This document shows, piece by piece, positions 13,497 through 28,220 of a DNA stretch of 64,000 nt (within the stretch, counting starts at the first letter, position 1; the number at the start of each line of letters is the position of its first letter). Source of the DNA: Camelus ferus (taxonomy: Eukaryota); contig NC_045696.1 of assembly GCF_009834535.1 (NCBI RefSeq), forward strand, positions 41,170,001-41,234,000, given 5' to 3'. A program made the position numbers and the translations under genes. The notes under the pieces are model-generated. The model did not search any database. It was not told the origin of the DNA and saw nothing but the letters and a program-made list of their open reading frames with translations.

Positions 13497-14269
13497 TAAG
13501 TATCATATGTGTTCTTTTGCCCATTTTTTATTGAACTCAGAATAAAAATTCTGGTAGTTGAATGCCACTTTCTTTTATTTAATGGATGTTCATGTAGTTA
13601 GTTACATCTTTAATACGTTAAAAATAGCTAAGTGATTTATTATTAGAAGGAGGTTTTAAATGATAGGACACTTTCTACATACTTTTAGAAGCCACTTTTT
13701 TTCTCTATGACTTGTGCAATTCTGGTTTCCTGTTTGCTTTGAAAACCAAACTTTCACTCATATTTCCCAAAGTGAAAGGGATATTAGTAGGTATTGAATG
13801 AGGAAGGATTTCACGGTCAGCTTAGTATGGGAAAGCTGGTTTACAAAAAGACAAGTGTATTTCTTTATTGCAGGAATTTTCAGAGCATGTATAGTATGCT
13901 GATGTACATTGTCAGTTTATGCAGTGTTCCCAGACACGTGTGACTACAAAACTATTTTTATGGAGGTGGATTCTACATGGCAAATGTTTCATCAGAGAGA
14001 CAGTGAAATTATAGTAGTAGACTATCTTTATTTCTTTTTCTTTAAACCTGTCTTTGTTAATATCTCTCCTGAAATTATGCTTTGGGCAGTTACCAGTTTT
14101 TTTCTTACCACTGAATTTATTTCTAGTTTATTTCACCTTGATCTCAGTACTTAGCACTGCTACCCACACCATCCTTTTTAAAATACTCTTATCCCTTAAT
14201 ATCTCTGACACTGTGCTGTCTCAGTTTTCTTATCACTAATAGCTTCTTCTCTGTCTCTCTATGTGTATT

Positions 14270-14630
14270 GGCTTGAAGTAATGACAGCTGTTACAACAGA
14301 AATCTTAAAATCTCAGTGGTTTAACACTCAAGAGATTATTCAGGGACCTAGGTTGACAGAAGCTCTGATATCTTCAATGCATGGCTTACAAGCTCACCTT
14401 GAGCATTGACGTTCGGCAAGCAGATGGATGAAGACAGAGTGTAGAGGATCACATGGGAGATTGTACTCTCCGGGCCTTGAGATGGTGTCTGTCATTTCTG
14501 CTCATATCACATTGGCCAGACCCCAGTCACATAGCTGTGCTGAGGTGTCAGTGGGTTGGGAAATATCCCTGGTTGGACAGGCACTTTCCAACAACTTACA
14601 CTGTGGAAGGGGAGTATAAATTGATAATCA
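14270..14630. mobile_element. MLT1 (MaLR) LTR relic
   Basis: 'aaaatctcagtggtttaaca' and 'ctgctcatatcacattggccaga...agtcacata' are MLT1 motifs. Confidence 0.55.
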
Positions 14631-14982
14631 GCTAAGCCAATCATTTAGCTACAAGTGTACTTTCTTTTTTGTAATGTATGATCTAATGTTACCCAAAACT
14701 AATTTTTGAGGGTCACCATGTTAAGGAACAAAAAAGGAGAGTGATTTTCTCCCTGTTTTCTTCCCTAGTAACCTTCATCTACTTACGAAACATTGACTTC
14801 AGTCTTTGACTTCCTGACGTGTGCCTTAATTTGATCGTTTTCTTCCTCCCTGACTTTACAACTCAAAATTTAACTGTTTCTGTTTTACCGAAGATTATTT
14901 GCTCTTAGCTAAAACTTGGCATATCTTAAACTGACCTCACTGTTTTACTGGCTTTCTCTTAACTCTTGTATTTGTGTTTAGG

Positions 14983-15166
14983 GCAAGGGTCAGCAAACTT
15001 GCTCTTTAAAAGATCAGAAAATAAATATTGTAGTATTGTGGGTCACATAAGGTTTCTGTCTCATCTTTTCTTTAGAACCTTTTAAAAATATAAAAACCAT
15101 TCTTAGTTTGAAGTCCTATAAACAGGGATTTGTCCACTGCCGATTGGTTGCAGCTTGTGACCCCTA
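14983..15166. mobile_element. MER58-like hAT-Charlie MITE
   Basis: Begins 'caagggtcagcaaact...aaataaatatt' and ends 'tgtgacccctag'. Confidence 0.6.
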
Positions 15167-16371
15167 GCTTATGGTATCCTCATTGTTGAAACTTTGTCTT
15201 CCACATCTAGTTCCTGTGCTGAATTTGTTTTTCATCATGTTTTTAAGAGTTTTGAATTGTACAGATTTGTGTTCCATAAACTGTTGGGCACTAGGGTAGA
15301 GGGCTGGCTTAGGTATAAGTTCTTGCCATCAGAGATAATCTATTTCTGTTGTGGAATTCAGAAAAGAAAAAGACAGTTACAAAAAATTTCCCTCTTTTGC
15401 ATATTTACTTAATTTTCTTAAAAATATGCTTATGAGTAGAATCCCTGAAGTTGAAAATAAGTTTGTTACAAGAAATGGGTCTGGTTATAAAAAGCTAAAA
15501 ACAATAATAAAATCCTCAGTTACGGCTTTCATTGCCATCTTTATCCAAAATCAGTCTGCTTAATCAGTGTTAAAATTGATGTAGCTGAGCATTTTCGGGG
15601 CATCCTCTCAGCCTCCCCAGGACCAAACTCCACCCTCCACCCTCAGCTGTGTCTGTGAAGGTACCTCGCAGAAGCCCCTGACCAGCTCTATGTTGTTGCT
15701 GTTTTTCTGTTCTTTCTCTCTCTAGCAGTTTTTTTCCTAGCCCTTTGAAAGCTTTTGAACAGGCATTTGATATGCTAATTATAGTATTCTTTATCCTTGG
15801 GATCTAGGAGATTTCACAGTCTTGTGTAGATTAATGTTTTTTTCTGGGAGGAATTGGTAGTTTTCATTTTAGTATTAAAATGGTCAGGGACCTGAAAGAG
15901 TCTACCCACTTATTAGGGCAATTCTGCAAAAATTTGTTTTGCAACCTTTTTAGTCACTGCTTTATATGGTTTTCTTCCATTTGTGTCAGTGATGTTTTAC
16001 TGTATTTAGAATTAAAATGTGAACCTTAAGAATCATTATTACTTTGCTTTCTGATAAATATATTTAAAATTTTCAGAATGGAAAATACTTCAGTCTAAAC
16101 TGTAATCTCCTGGTGACTAGTAGATTTCTTAATTGCATAAATCTTAGCTATGTTTTGGTTCTTCTTATGAAGATATGATAAGTACTTTGCTGTAAAAGTA
16201 ATAGGCAAAATTGATTTTAGTATCTTTTTAAGCAAATATGTCTTTCCTAGATCCTTTGATGTTTGTTTCAGGTATTTGTTATGCACTGTGATCTACGTTT
16301 TGTATTTTAATTGAACATATATCCTAGTTTACTACTGATGCAAGTCTGAAATTTTTTTTTTCAAATTTCAG

Positions 16372-16455
16372 ATGGAGATCTTATAACAATTTTTGATAGT
16401 TCTGACCTTTCCTTTGCAATTCAGTGTAGTAGGATACTGAAACTGACATTATTTG
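16372..16455 (+). CDS. TFG: TFG coding exon 2: (D)[28 protein letters not shown]-terminal part of PB1
   Basis: tttcag|ATGGAGATC...TTATTTG|gtaagt; 84 nt, phase 1-1. Too short to appear in the ORF track. Confidence 0.97.
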
Positions 16456-17099
16456 GTAAGTGGGAAACTTCCTATCTAATAAATTTACTATTTTATTCAT
16501 TGTATTTTTATTAAAAACTTTTCATCTTTTTTCTTTTAAAGCCTCAGAATTAAGTGATAACTTTTTCAGCTGTATCAGAACTGCAGGGTTAAAACTACCT
16601 TTATTAAGTTTAATTCTCTAAGACTATATAATTATCTTTTATGATGTAGTGTGCTTTTAGTTATTCTCATAGTTTCACATACAGGCCTGATGCATTTTAC
16701 ACATTATTTTTCAAGGAGCACTTAAAGATTATAGAGTTCTGATAAAAGAAATACACATATGACTCATTTTAATCTTTTAGATATTGTTTTGTTATAGATC
16801 TTGACAGATTTGCAAGGCAGAACTCTTAAGGGACAAGACAGAAATGATTGTAAAGTGGTAGCATGATTATGTGAAAAATAAAATATGGCCCCTTTTTGTG
16901 GTTATTTTGGCTAGCATTTGAAAAAAATTATGTGACACAGTTCCATGAAGTGTGATCATGGCCAATTGATTTAATTTGTATGTATTTCATCTCCATCTGG
17001 GAATGGTGAATATGAATCATTTTAAAATGCTAATTAAAAAAACTGGTAAATGTTTTTTTAAAAATAAAAACTATCTTTTTACAATATTGAATCTAAAAT

Positions 17100-19830
17100 A
17101 ATTAACACCATTGGCCAGCTATCAGGTGGATTAGATAAACTGAAAACCTTCCTTCCAGAAACACTGAGGACATGCTAGATAAACTATTTCAAATATATTT
17201 TTTGAATTATGTACCTGAGCTTGCTCAGGAGAGTAAGGAAAACGTCAGGAACTAAAAAAAAGGTCAGTAAAAACCAGGGCCTGAGAGTTGGGATGCTTTT
17301 GGTGGTGATGGTGAAGGTTTTGGTCTATATAATGTAAGGACTTGTCATTTATGACTATGTGGTGTAGGCCGTAAGTCCTAGACCCTCATTGGCTATGATC
17401 TCAAAAAAGAGTATCATGGAAGACAGATACCTCTGCATTGATACAGGAAGGTCAAGGAATTGACAAAGAAAACTCATATGCCCTAGGCTGTCAGGGGTTT
17501 ACAAAGGCTCCCTTGAGGATTCATAACCATGGTCCTTAGGTGGGTTGGGTTTAAACTTAAACTATCTGCACAGTTTGGAAACTCCCAAGCCCAGATACTA
17601 CCATAAAAAAATTAAAAGAAACAAAGGCAAAAAATCTCTGGGGTATATTTCTCAGTCCAGGTTGATAGGCTTCTCATAGATAAAATCCTATTGATGAATT
17701 TAGAGTTCAGAACTGGAAACAACTAAATAGTAGGATTAGATTTCTAAGAACTTCAGTCATTGAAAGTGATGATCTATAAAATGTGTTAAAAGTAATTAGA
17801 CATAAAAGAAGAAATAAGAATATAAGAATAAGGCACTATGAAAAAATTAAACAGATTAAAAAGAACTTAAGGTAACTTTTGGCAATGAAAACTACAGTTA
17901 TTGAAATTAAATACTAAGTGGAGAGGTAGAACAGCAGATGAGTCACAGCTGCAGAGGGCATTACTAAACTGGAAGGTAGTCTGAAGAAGTTACAGAAGAG
18001 AGCACAGAAATACAGAGAGAGAGAATTTGAGAATGAGAAAGCCCAGAATGTTTCCTTTAAGCCTTTAAAAAAAGAGAATAGGGTAAAGGAAATATTTGAG
18101 GAAGTAATGGCTAAAGAATTTTTTGGAATTATATAAAAGATGTAAACCATCAGTTTCAGGAGGCACAGTGAGTTCTGGTCAGGATAAGAAAAAATAAATC
18201 TCCACTGGATACATTGTCACGAAGCTGGAGAATATATAAGACAAAGAGATAATCTTAAAAGTAGCCTCAGCGAATAAGACTGATCACCTACAGAGCAATT
18301 AGACTGTTGTGGACTTCTTCGTAATAATTAGAAGCTAGAAGACAGTAGAAAAACATCTTCAACTGTTGAGAAAAGAAATAGGTAGAAAAGTAACATTCTG
18401 TAGTGTTAAACTTAAGGAAAAGGGGAACTAAAAACATTTTCAAACAGACTGAGAATTTACTACTCGTGGACCCTTGTTAAAAGAAGTTTTTAAAGTAGTT
18501 TATCAGCAAGAAGGAAATTAAGTCCAGAAGAATGTTGAAAGATGCAAGAAATTGAGCGAATAAACTGGTTAATGTGTGTAAATTTAAATAAACACTGATT
18601 TTTAAAAAATAATAGTTTTAGGAATATAAAAATAAGATGAGACAAAATTACTGAGCAATAATTACATGTAAGATAGGAGAGGATGGTAGGAATTAAAATC
18701 TTTTAAAGACCTGGATTGTTTGGAGGAGGATAGTAATTAACTGTAGATTTTTTAAATTGAAGTTTGTCTAAAATGTAAGAGTGATTATCAAAAGACTAGA
18801 AATAGCCTATAAAGGGGAAAGAAGGAAACAGGGTACTGACATGGTTCACTAGGTGGTGAGGAGGGAGGAAAAGAAGCAGAGAGGAAGCTTGATAAATAGA
18901 AAGCACAAAATATTAACTGTAGTACATGTAAACAGACTAAATATACAAGTTAAAAGACAGGCTTTTATTGGAGGTAAACAGTCTTGTTACATACTGATTA
19001 TGAGACATTCTAAAAGTTTATTATGCAAGGTTTCAAAGTAAAGCGCTAGAAAAGTTTGTATACTAGACAAACTCAAAGCTAGTCAGTAATACAGACTCTT
19101 AAGTGAAAGTTTTATTAGTAATAGTCACTTCATGATAAAAAATAATTTCCTGGGAAGATAAACATTTATGAGTACTTCTGCATCATAGCCTTAGATTTTT
19201 TCCTCAAGAAAAAATTGATAGAAAAAGGGAAAATTCATAATCATTGGAGAGCTTTTAATACTCTTCTTTCCGAAACTGATTGATAAGGCAGGCTCAAAAT
19301 AAGTAAGGATAGAGAAAATTTGAACAAATCAGGTATAGGCTTGATCTTGTGCATCTAGCAATCAGGAAGGGATTCAGTTTTTCTTTAGTGCATATGGACA
19401 TTTATAAATGTTGACCATGCACTAGGTTTTCCAATGAGTCTCAATAAATATCAGAGAAGGAATACCCTAGAGATCTTACACTCTGGTCTCATTAGAAACC
19501 ATTGGACAAAAAAGATAACCCAAACTCCCGTGGTTTTGTAGATAAAAATGTGCTATTAGATAACAAATCAAAGAAGAAGTCATAATGAGAATTAGAAATA
19601 ATGACTAGTTCACATGACAGAGTTTTTAGAGTATGCTAAAGCGAAATACAAAAGGAACAGAGTAAGTCCAGGTAACTTGGAAGAAAATAATAAAGAACAG
19701 AAATGAACCAGAAGTTGGGGCATTGATAGGATCAGCAATTTTGAAAAGATACAGCTACCAAACCTCTATTAAGATTACTTTAAAAAGAAGGCACAAGTAA
19801 GTGATATTAGGAATGAAAAGGGGCATAACT
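17100..19830 (+). mobile_element. Ancient, highly degraded L1 (ORF1 and ORF2-start remnants)
   Basis: A-rich purine strand with remnants such as 'aaggaaatatttgaggaagtaatggctaaagaattt' and 'aaagagataatcttaaaagtagc'. Confidence 0.6.
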
Positions 19831-19834
19831 TTGA

Positions 19835-20420
19835 TATATTGCAATGAGGGAGAATGAACACCATGGAGAACAGTGGGATATCTCAGTAAAAAAAAATGAG
19901 TTAAAAAGGAATTTTCTTAGGGCTTGGGCTTGTGTTAGGTAATTCTAGATAAGGTTCAAGGGAGTGGGGCTTTGCTCCAGATTGGATGCTGTCTGGAAGT
20001 GGAAGTGGTCTATGATTATCTGACTAAATCTTGTCCAGAAGGTGGGAGTGAATTGAAGTTAAAGCTGCAATTGGTAAAACAGCAGAAATCATTCATATTA
20101 GCCAGGGATGTTTGGTCATTTTTGTGGTTTGTTCAGTGTCCTTGGTTTTGTCTAAGTTCTCACATGGTTAAGGACTAGCTTTCTTTTTTGTCTGGAGCTA
20201 TCACAGTCCCAGAGTGATCTCTGATTGTTGGTGTTCTTTGTTTTTTATTTTTTTAAATTGACGTATAGTTGATATACTGTTGGTGTTCTTTGAAATTGTT
20301 CATGTTCAGCAAGAGAACACCATAACCTACCTGTGAGTGCCAGCTTCTAGCAACACTGAAGCCCAGTCTTACAGTACTAGGCCAGTTCCTAGCTATCAGG
20401 AGCTGCCTTTCTCCTTCTCA
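19835..20420. mobile_element. Probable ERV LTR relic
   Basis: Change in composition relative to the flanking L1, with LTR-like motifs; family not identified. Confidence 0.35.
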
Positions 20421-20584
20421 GGTGTTAGATAAAAACAATAGTACCCAGTAAAAGCCAATAATTAATTGATACAGGTAGATTATATTGAACTTCCTCATAA
20501 CTATATAGGGAGTATGAAAAATCCTGGTGGATTGTCTTCTAAAAGCTTATATTGGTTGTTTGATGTTTAAAACATCTTTTTACA

Positions 20585-20790
20585 GTATGGAATGGATAGA
20601 CAAGTTTATACTGTATTGCACAGGGAAATATATTCAATATCTTGTAGCTTACAGTGAAAAAGAATATGAAAATGAATATATATGTATTCATGTATGACTG
20701 AAGCATTGTACTGTACACCAGAAATTGACACAACATTGTAAACTGATTATACCTCAATAAAAAACAAACAAAAAGCCAAAAACCAAAAAA
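20585..20790 (+). mobile_element. Short L1 3'-end insertion
   Basis: 'tactgtattgcacagggaaatatattcaatatcttgtag...cctcaataaaaa' plus an A-rich tail, flanked by a catctttt(t)aca duplication. Confidence 0.8.
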
Positions 20791-21562
20791 CCCATCTTTT
20801 ACAAAGAATATTCCTGAATCTTTATTTTCAAATAGATTTCCTTTTCTAATTTGGAATCTTAGGAATTTGTATATAGCTGTACTGACAATTCATAAAACAT
20901 TTTAGTTTAATTTAATTTTTGAACTCATATCTTGAAGTTTGCATTCAGAGCCTTGTGTCTTTTTTTTTTTTTGAATTAATCTCAATGGTGACAGTCTGTT
21001 GCTGGATGAAGGATTCTTTTTTAGTCAGCTAACAGTCATTTGGACAAAAAATATAATTAAATGAGGGGTAATACTGCCTTTGTTTGAAAAAAAACACCAG
21101 TGATTATTTAATAATCTCTGACCTTGTAGCTTATGTCCTGCTTTTGAAGGACAGTGGTGATGTGGATTCGTGAATTCTGCATAATTTTTTTTAATAGGTT
21201 ACTTTTTAGGTCAGTTATTTTAGGTAGCTAATTTTTCTTCTAGGGTCAGAAGTAGGCAAAAAGGCTAACAGACTTAACAGTCATATTGTACCTTTAATGA
21301 GGTGTTTTTGTATTGTTTCAAGACTATAAAAGAATTATGTGAAATAAAATGAGCTTTTGAAGGTATATAATTTCTATTAAAAATATTTTAAAGCTTTCTG
21401 TAATTTTAATTTATTTCACTGTATTTGAATTCTTCCAATAATATACCTTTTTTCTACCATTATGGGTCATAATCTGGTGTCAATAAAGACTGATGAATAT
21501 TTCTTTTTTCCAAAAAGCAAATAATTAGCAATGAAGACTCCTTCCCTTAAAAAGTTATTTGA

Positions 21563-21850
<288 letters not shown>

Positions 21851-24800
21851 TGAATCCGTTTATTCTGATTTATTCTTCTTAAATCTTTTTGCAGATTTTT
21901 TTTTTTTTTTAACTCTTCTTCAGCAGGAGTGGGATGGCACCTCCAGTGTCACCGTTTCTTACTTACTACTTATGCCTCTGTGGTAATATTCTTATCTGTG
22001 TTCCCAAACCTGGAAGTTCATCAGGATTACTGGGAGGTTTTATTATACCAGTTCCTGAATCTCATCAGAGACCTACTAGAGGGCAGGGCCCGTGGATCCC
22101 ACTGGTAAAGTGCTCTCTGAGTAATTCTCTTACAACTGGTCTTAGACACCTGGGTTTACAACATAGGTCAGTTTTCAAACCCCTTTGACTTGTGAACCTT
22201 TTTCAGTGTAATAGTTAAGGAACCTTAGGAATGGAAATCATTTCATGAATTTTATGTGATATATAAAGTAGTTTCAAGTAAAAGTAATTTTAGATTGATA
22301 CAATCACATGGTGTATTATAAAGTTTATCTTAAGCAGTGTTCATAATATACAAAGAAAGTATATTGTCTTCCATTTTATAGATGACATGAACTATTTATA
22401 ATGAGATAAAGCAAGGTTTCTTGACAGATTTGGAACTGAAATTAGTTTTGTGACCAAATATATTATAAAATGTAGACTAAAATTTAAGAATGGCTTGAAA
22501 GTAGATTTTAAAAAACTTGGCTTTCTTCAACTTTTAATATTCTTAGATGTTGCACATTAAAAATAAACTTTTTTTCTTACAGTTTTTGTGTTTTTGTGCA
22601 AACATGCATAAATTTATATGCCTAAAACTGTCCATATTGTGAAATAGTAATATTTTATAGAATCTGGATGACTGGAAATAAGGGGCTTATATAAGAAGAT
22701 GATTTTGTGAAAAGTAGCATTGTGTAATCCCTTGCAGCCTTTAGATTATTTTATTTGTTGGCTCTGTTTAAATTTTGGAGTTTTGTTTAATTTAGTTATA
22801 AGTTAAATAAAGATACATTTTCCATAATTTCCCTCTCCCTCCAGCCATGTAGAATTTTGTTACGGGTAGATGCTTGATAAGTATTTATTGATGGATTAGT
22901 AATTTCTAGTTCCACCTCTTGATTTCAGAACATATTGGAAATTTGCTGAAATACTAAAATGAGATCTTCCTGTCTTCTTTATAGTGAAACCTTTTATATT
23001 TCAGGTCAAAGCAAATTGCCTTTTCTTTCCAATTTAAAGTCAAGGAATCTGAAAAAAAAACTTCAGAACATTTTTCTAGAAGAAATTATAGATGCTGATA
23101 CAACAAATATATATATATATGCATGCATGTAATTTCATGGGGTTTAAGCATCTGTTTATAAAATCTAGATCAAAATTCAACAAGCAGTGCCAGTACTGTG
23201 CAGAAATGACTTACAATAACCTATGTCCTGCTCTAAGGAATAGATTTATAAGCTTTTTGGCTTTGGTGAAACCTTTTTGTTCACTTATTTCTTGCCACAT
23301 ACTGCTTTTATGAGTTTATTTCCATGTGTTCATATGTTTTATTTAGCCTCTCACCTATGTTAATATAAAGATGTTATAGTTGATTTCTTCTCTGCCTCTT
23401 GGAAATTATATCACATATTGTTTCTTTATGTGGCCATCCTTTTAGTCATTGTATGCTATCTGAATCATCTAATGAACTGAATAATACTGGATTTATTTTT
23501 ATAGATGGTTGTAACTTGTTTTTTGTTTCCTCCCCTGTACTTAGTAAATCCCTTACCACTTGACCACCTACCTTTAATGAAACTTCCTAAGCTTCTAAGC
23601 TCTTAGAAGATACTCTAATTTAATACTCTTCTCAAGAAAAAAAAAGTATAAAATAAGCCCCCCAAAAGCTACATCAGAAACTGACAGTCTAGTTCACAAA
23701 ACAAAACTACCAATCAGCTGTCAGTACTCTTTAGAACCATGTTGCTTGTCCTCATCCAGAAACATGTGGCTACCTGTGTTTTTCAGCGCTCTACCTCTGT
23801 AATGGTTCTTAGACAGTTGCTTTCTCTGTGAAGCAAATGATGTGTACACTACCCTAAATACCGAATTGACCTGTTACATTTGTTCTGCATTAGCTACAGG
23901 AGCAACCAGCGGGCTAGTGGACATGTATTTTGTTTCCTGATGGATTTATTTTGCAGTAAGTGGAAGGATGCATAGGTAGTGGAAGGTAGCAGTGGGAGGG
24001 GAAATAATCGTGAGATTGGTGTGATATGCTCTTGGGATATAGCCTTGGAATTAAGTGGAAGGAAATTGGTGAGGAAGATGGATGACTGGCAGACTTATTT
24101 TAAAGGAGTACTCAGAGCAGTTTCCTTCCAGAAATTTTGGAAATATTAATGTAATTGAGGAATGATAGGAATAAATGAGGGCTGCAAGCCATTGTGTGCT
24201 TATATTCCACTTATTACTTAGACTTTTTCACAAGATAAATTTTGTCTTGGCCACAGAGTTAGTCTAATAACTGATGTTCGTTTACTCGGTTGGTAAAAGA
24301 GAAGAATTGATTAATTGTTATTTGAGTAAATGGTTAGCAGTATTCTTCTTGTTTACTTGTTTATTTTGTTTCATTTTTAATATCTTTTTTTGTATCCTAA
24401 GTTCTTAAGTTCTTATTTGTAAAATGTAGGTTATTCTTGAACCCCTTTTCTTTCACTAGGCAGTAGTATAAATGCCTGTTTAGTACCTTAGCATCCTTAG
24501 GAGGAAAGCATGGTTTTAAATTTTCCTTGCTCATATGCTTAAAATTCTGTTTTTCAAAATATTTTGTCATGGGAAAATTAAAAAATATACAGAAGTAGGC
24601 ATAATACCAAAATGAATCCCATGAACCCACACCCAACTTCAGCAGTTAATCAACTCATGGTATCATGTCATCTATACTCCCATACATCTCCACCCTTATC
24701 GTATTATTTTCAGCAAATCCCAGACGCATATTTTTCATCTGTAAAGATTTTAAAAAGTAACTTAATAAGTATTTTAAAGGAAGACATAGCAAATTAGTGA

Positions 24801-25286
24801 TGGCATTAGATTTCCATGTACTTTAATAATGAACCATAGGCAAGTAGAAATAAAACATAAAAATCAATATCATAACTTTAGTTAAGCTTATCATTTTACA
24901 AAATAAAGCTTTAGTGCATAGTATGTATCTGATACTAGGATATATAACATAGGACTCCCCAAAAAAGGGCAAAATGTTTCTTTCTGTTTGTTAAGGAGCT
25001 CTTATTTTTTTTTCCTCATCTGATAATTCTTAGGGAAGGACATAAATAACAGCTTTTTCAAAAAATTTTATCTATCTTGCATTTTGTTTTGACCCTTTCT
25101 CCCCTGATTTAAAAAACAAAAATATAAAAATGTGTAAAGAGAAAGATAAAATTATCTATAATCCTCTATTTGGGGATACTGAACATTCCAGACTATTTGC
25201 ACATACATATTTTCCTATCAGTATTTTTTTAGGCCTTACTCAGTATAGATAAAATGGAAACAAGTTTTTGCTTATTCCTTTTATAG

Positions 25287-25442
25287 ATACTGTGGATGGT
25301 AGGGAAGAAAAGCCTGCTGCTTCTGACTCTTCTGGAAAACAGTCTACTCAGGTTATGGCAGCTTTTGATCCTTTAAAAAACCAAGATGAAATCAATAAAA
25401 ATGTCATGTCAGCGTTTGGCTTAACAGATGATCAGGTTTCAG
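25287..25442 (+). CDS. TFG: TFG coding exon 4: (D)[51 protein letters not shown]
   Basis: ttatag acceptor, CAG|gtaagt donor; 156 nt; lies within ORF 25268..25573. Confidence 0.96.
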
Positions 25443-25949
25443 GTAAGTTAGTTCCTTCCTCCCATCCTTTATTCCCTCTCTCCTTCCTTCTCTCCCTTTC
25501 CTTTTTTTCTTCTTTCATAGAAGAAAACTTGGATATGGTGAAGTGCACAAATCTTAAGGGTTCAGCTCAGTAAGCGTTTACATGTGTAAAACACCAACTA
25601 GATCAAGATGTAGTTGATTCCTGGCACCCTGGATAGCCTTCTCATGCCCTCTCCCAATCAATAGAACTCTTTCCTTTAAAGAATAACTTCTGTTTGGTTC
25701 AGGTAAATTTTATTGAAAGTAAAATTCAGAGGGTTTATTATTTTTTAAATCTGAACCATTTTATAATCTTATTTCAGATTTGTTGCAGGATTTAAATTAT
25801 ATTTGATGTCTTTTTCTCTCTTCTGATCTTAAATTAGGGAAATTTAAATGTAGATTTCTGGTTAAATTGTTTGTGTAGAAAGTCCTTTTATATGAGTATT
25901 TTTAACCTTAAAATAGTATCTGTACTGTGCTGCTTTTTTATTTTTTGGC

Positions 25950-27050
25950 CATCATTTCTTCAGCATTTTTCCTGCTTTCTCTCTTTTGGGATTCCTATTA
26001 CACATACATTGGACAGCTTAATATTGTCCCATAGGTCTCTGAGGTTCATTTTCTTCACTCATTTCTCTCTTTTTTAGACTGAATGATTTTTATTGAATTC
26101 ACTTGAAGTTCACTGATTTTTTTCCTTCCATTTCCAAGCCTGCTTTTGAACCTTCCTAGTGACTTCTTGACCTCAATTTTTGTGCTTCAGCTCAAGAATT
26201 TCCATTTGGTTCTTTTTGTAGTTAATTTTTTTTTTCTGTTGAGATTCCTTACCTTTTCATTTATTAAGATTGTATTTCCCTTTTACTTCACTTTAAGGTA
26301 CTTTTGTTTAATTCTTTAAAGGTATTTATAAAGCTGCTTTGAAACGTTTGCTGCATCTGACATCTGGGCCTGTTTGATGCCTGTCTCCTTTGCCTGCCTT
26401 CTTCCCTTGAGTATGGATCACATTTTCTTCTTTCTTTGCTTATCTGATAGTGTTTGATTGAAAACTGTACTTTGTGGTTCAGATATTGTAGGAACTTGGG
26501 ATTCTTCAGTCTAACAGTCTTCCAGCTGAGCTATTTCAGCAGTGATGACTTGGGATTCTTTTAGGTTCTTGTGAGGATTTTTTGTTATTGTTGCTCTAGC
26601 AGGGAGTTAACTTGTATTCACTCAGACTACCCCTTCTTTCTCCCCATGGGGTACAGCAGCTGATAGCAGCTGATATCTCTGCTCAGTCCCTTCAGCTCTA
26701 GGTGCTATTTTTATTTTGTTTTATTTTTTGTTCTCTTTTCTGTTGGAGGTTACTCTCCCCTTTCCTAACTCCATGGCCAGTTGGGGATTTTAGGCTGAGC
26801 ATATATTCAGATTTCAGGTCTCATTCCTTCAAGTAGCTCTTTTACTCTTAAGAATTTTCACCTCAAATTTCTAGTTGGTTGGCCAGCTGTGAAGTTAACC
26901 CTGTGGCTCTCTGCTGTTGGAACTGCAGAGATCAGGGTTTGCAAGTTCTTACCGTTGTAATTCGATTGGGGTGAACTCTTGTCTGGTTTCTGCCAACACT
27001 GACTTCCAGTAATTTCAAATAACTGTTTTCTTCTATTTGGGAGTTAAACC
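25950..27050 (-). mobile_element. Old L1 5'/ORF1 relic
   Basis: T-rich strand with 'gggattcctattacacatacattggacagctt...tcccataggtctctgagg', typical of reversed L1M ORF1. Confidence 0.6.
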
Positions 27051-28014
27051 CTTCCACAAGTAGTTTACTTTGCCATTATCAGTAACTGGAAAGATAGGGT
27101 TTTATCTGTTAATTTTCTTTTTCTTTGAGACTTTTATGGGGTTATTTATTAAGGAGAGTTATGTAAAATTCTGAAAAAGACAAATACTTGTATCTAATGT
27201 ATGTTCTTGGCAAAAGAAGACATCAGGCAAGTGTTACATCTGAAAAACACATTTTTAGAGCAACTGAAATATGAGTTAATATTAAAGCTTCTTAATATTT
27301 AAGATGTCAAGATATGCCAGATGGAGGAGTGAAGAGTTATGTATGAGGTCAGGCTTAAAAATTTGGTTAGAATATAGTATAGACCAGACTAATATGAATA
27401 ATATTGACGTTTTATTTGAAGGCCGTTTTTCTGGTAGCTTTGTATGTTGCATTGAAGTAAGAAAAGCTGTACACATAGAAAATTCCAGGATACTTTTTAC
27501 TTATTCAGGTTGGATATGGTGGAAAAGCTTGGCTGCAAGAGTGATTGTGGACATGGAGTGGAGGGATGAAGTGTTAAAAACACAGGATGAGCAACATTAA
27601 CTAATAACTTACATACAAGGAGAAAGGAGAAGTCAAATAATTCTTTTTAGGAAAATAACTTTGTCTTATATGTGTCATCCTTAAGAGGGATGTGTGTGTG
27701 TGTTTGTCTGCGTATTTATAAATATCAGTAAAGTAGTGGTACACAGGAGCAGCGTCCATTTTACTCTGGTAGTCATCAGTTTCTCTTGCATTACCACTGC
27801 TGTTATCCTAGTTTGGGATTCTCATCAGTATCTGGACTATCAGTTCCCAACTGTGCGCCTCCGGCAGTGCTAAATTCTGGGCTACACCAGGCACAGAGGA
27901 CAGAGATTTGCCCTCGGGGAAATTGGTCTGCTAGTAATTGAAAGTACTTCGGTGGAGCTTTCTAAGTGGTCATTACTTTCATAAGCTCTTGCTGTATTAC
28001 CACTTTTTTTCATA

Positions 28015-28220
28015 TTTTTTAAAATTGAGGTATAGTTGATGTACAATATTATATGTTTCAGGTGTGTAACACAGAGATTGACAATTTTTCAAGGCTATAG
28101 TCCATTTATAGTTATAAACTAGGGCTCTATTCTCTGTGCTGTACAGTATATCCTTGTAGCTTATATATTTCATACATAGTTTGTACCCCTTAATCCCCTA
28201 CCCCTTTCTTGCCGCTTTCC
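28015..28220 (-). mobile_element. L1 3' end fragment
   Basis: 'aattgaggtatagttgatgtacaatattata...tctgtgctgtacagtatatccttgtagc'. Confidence 0.75.
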
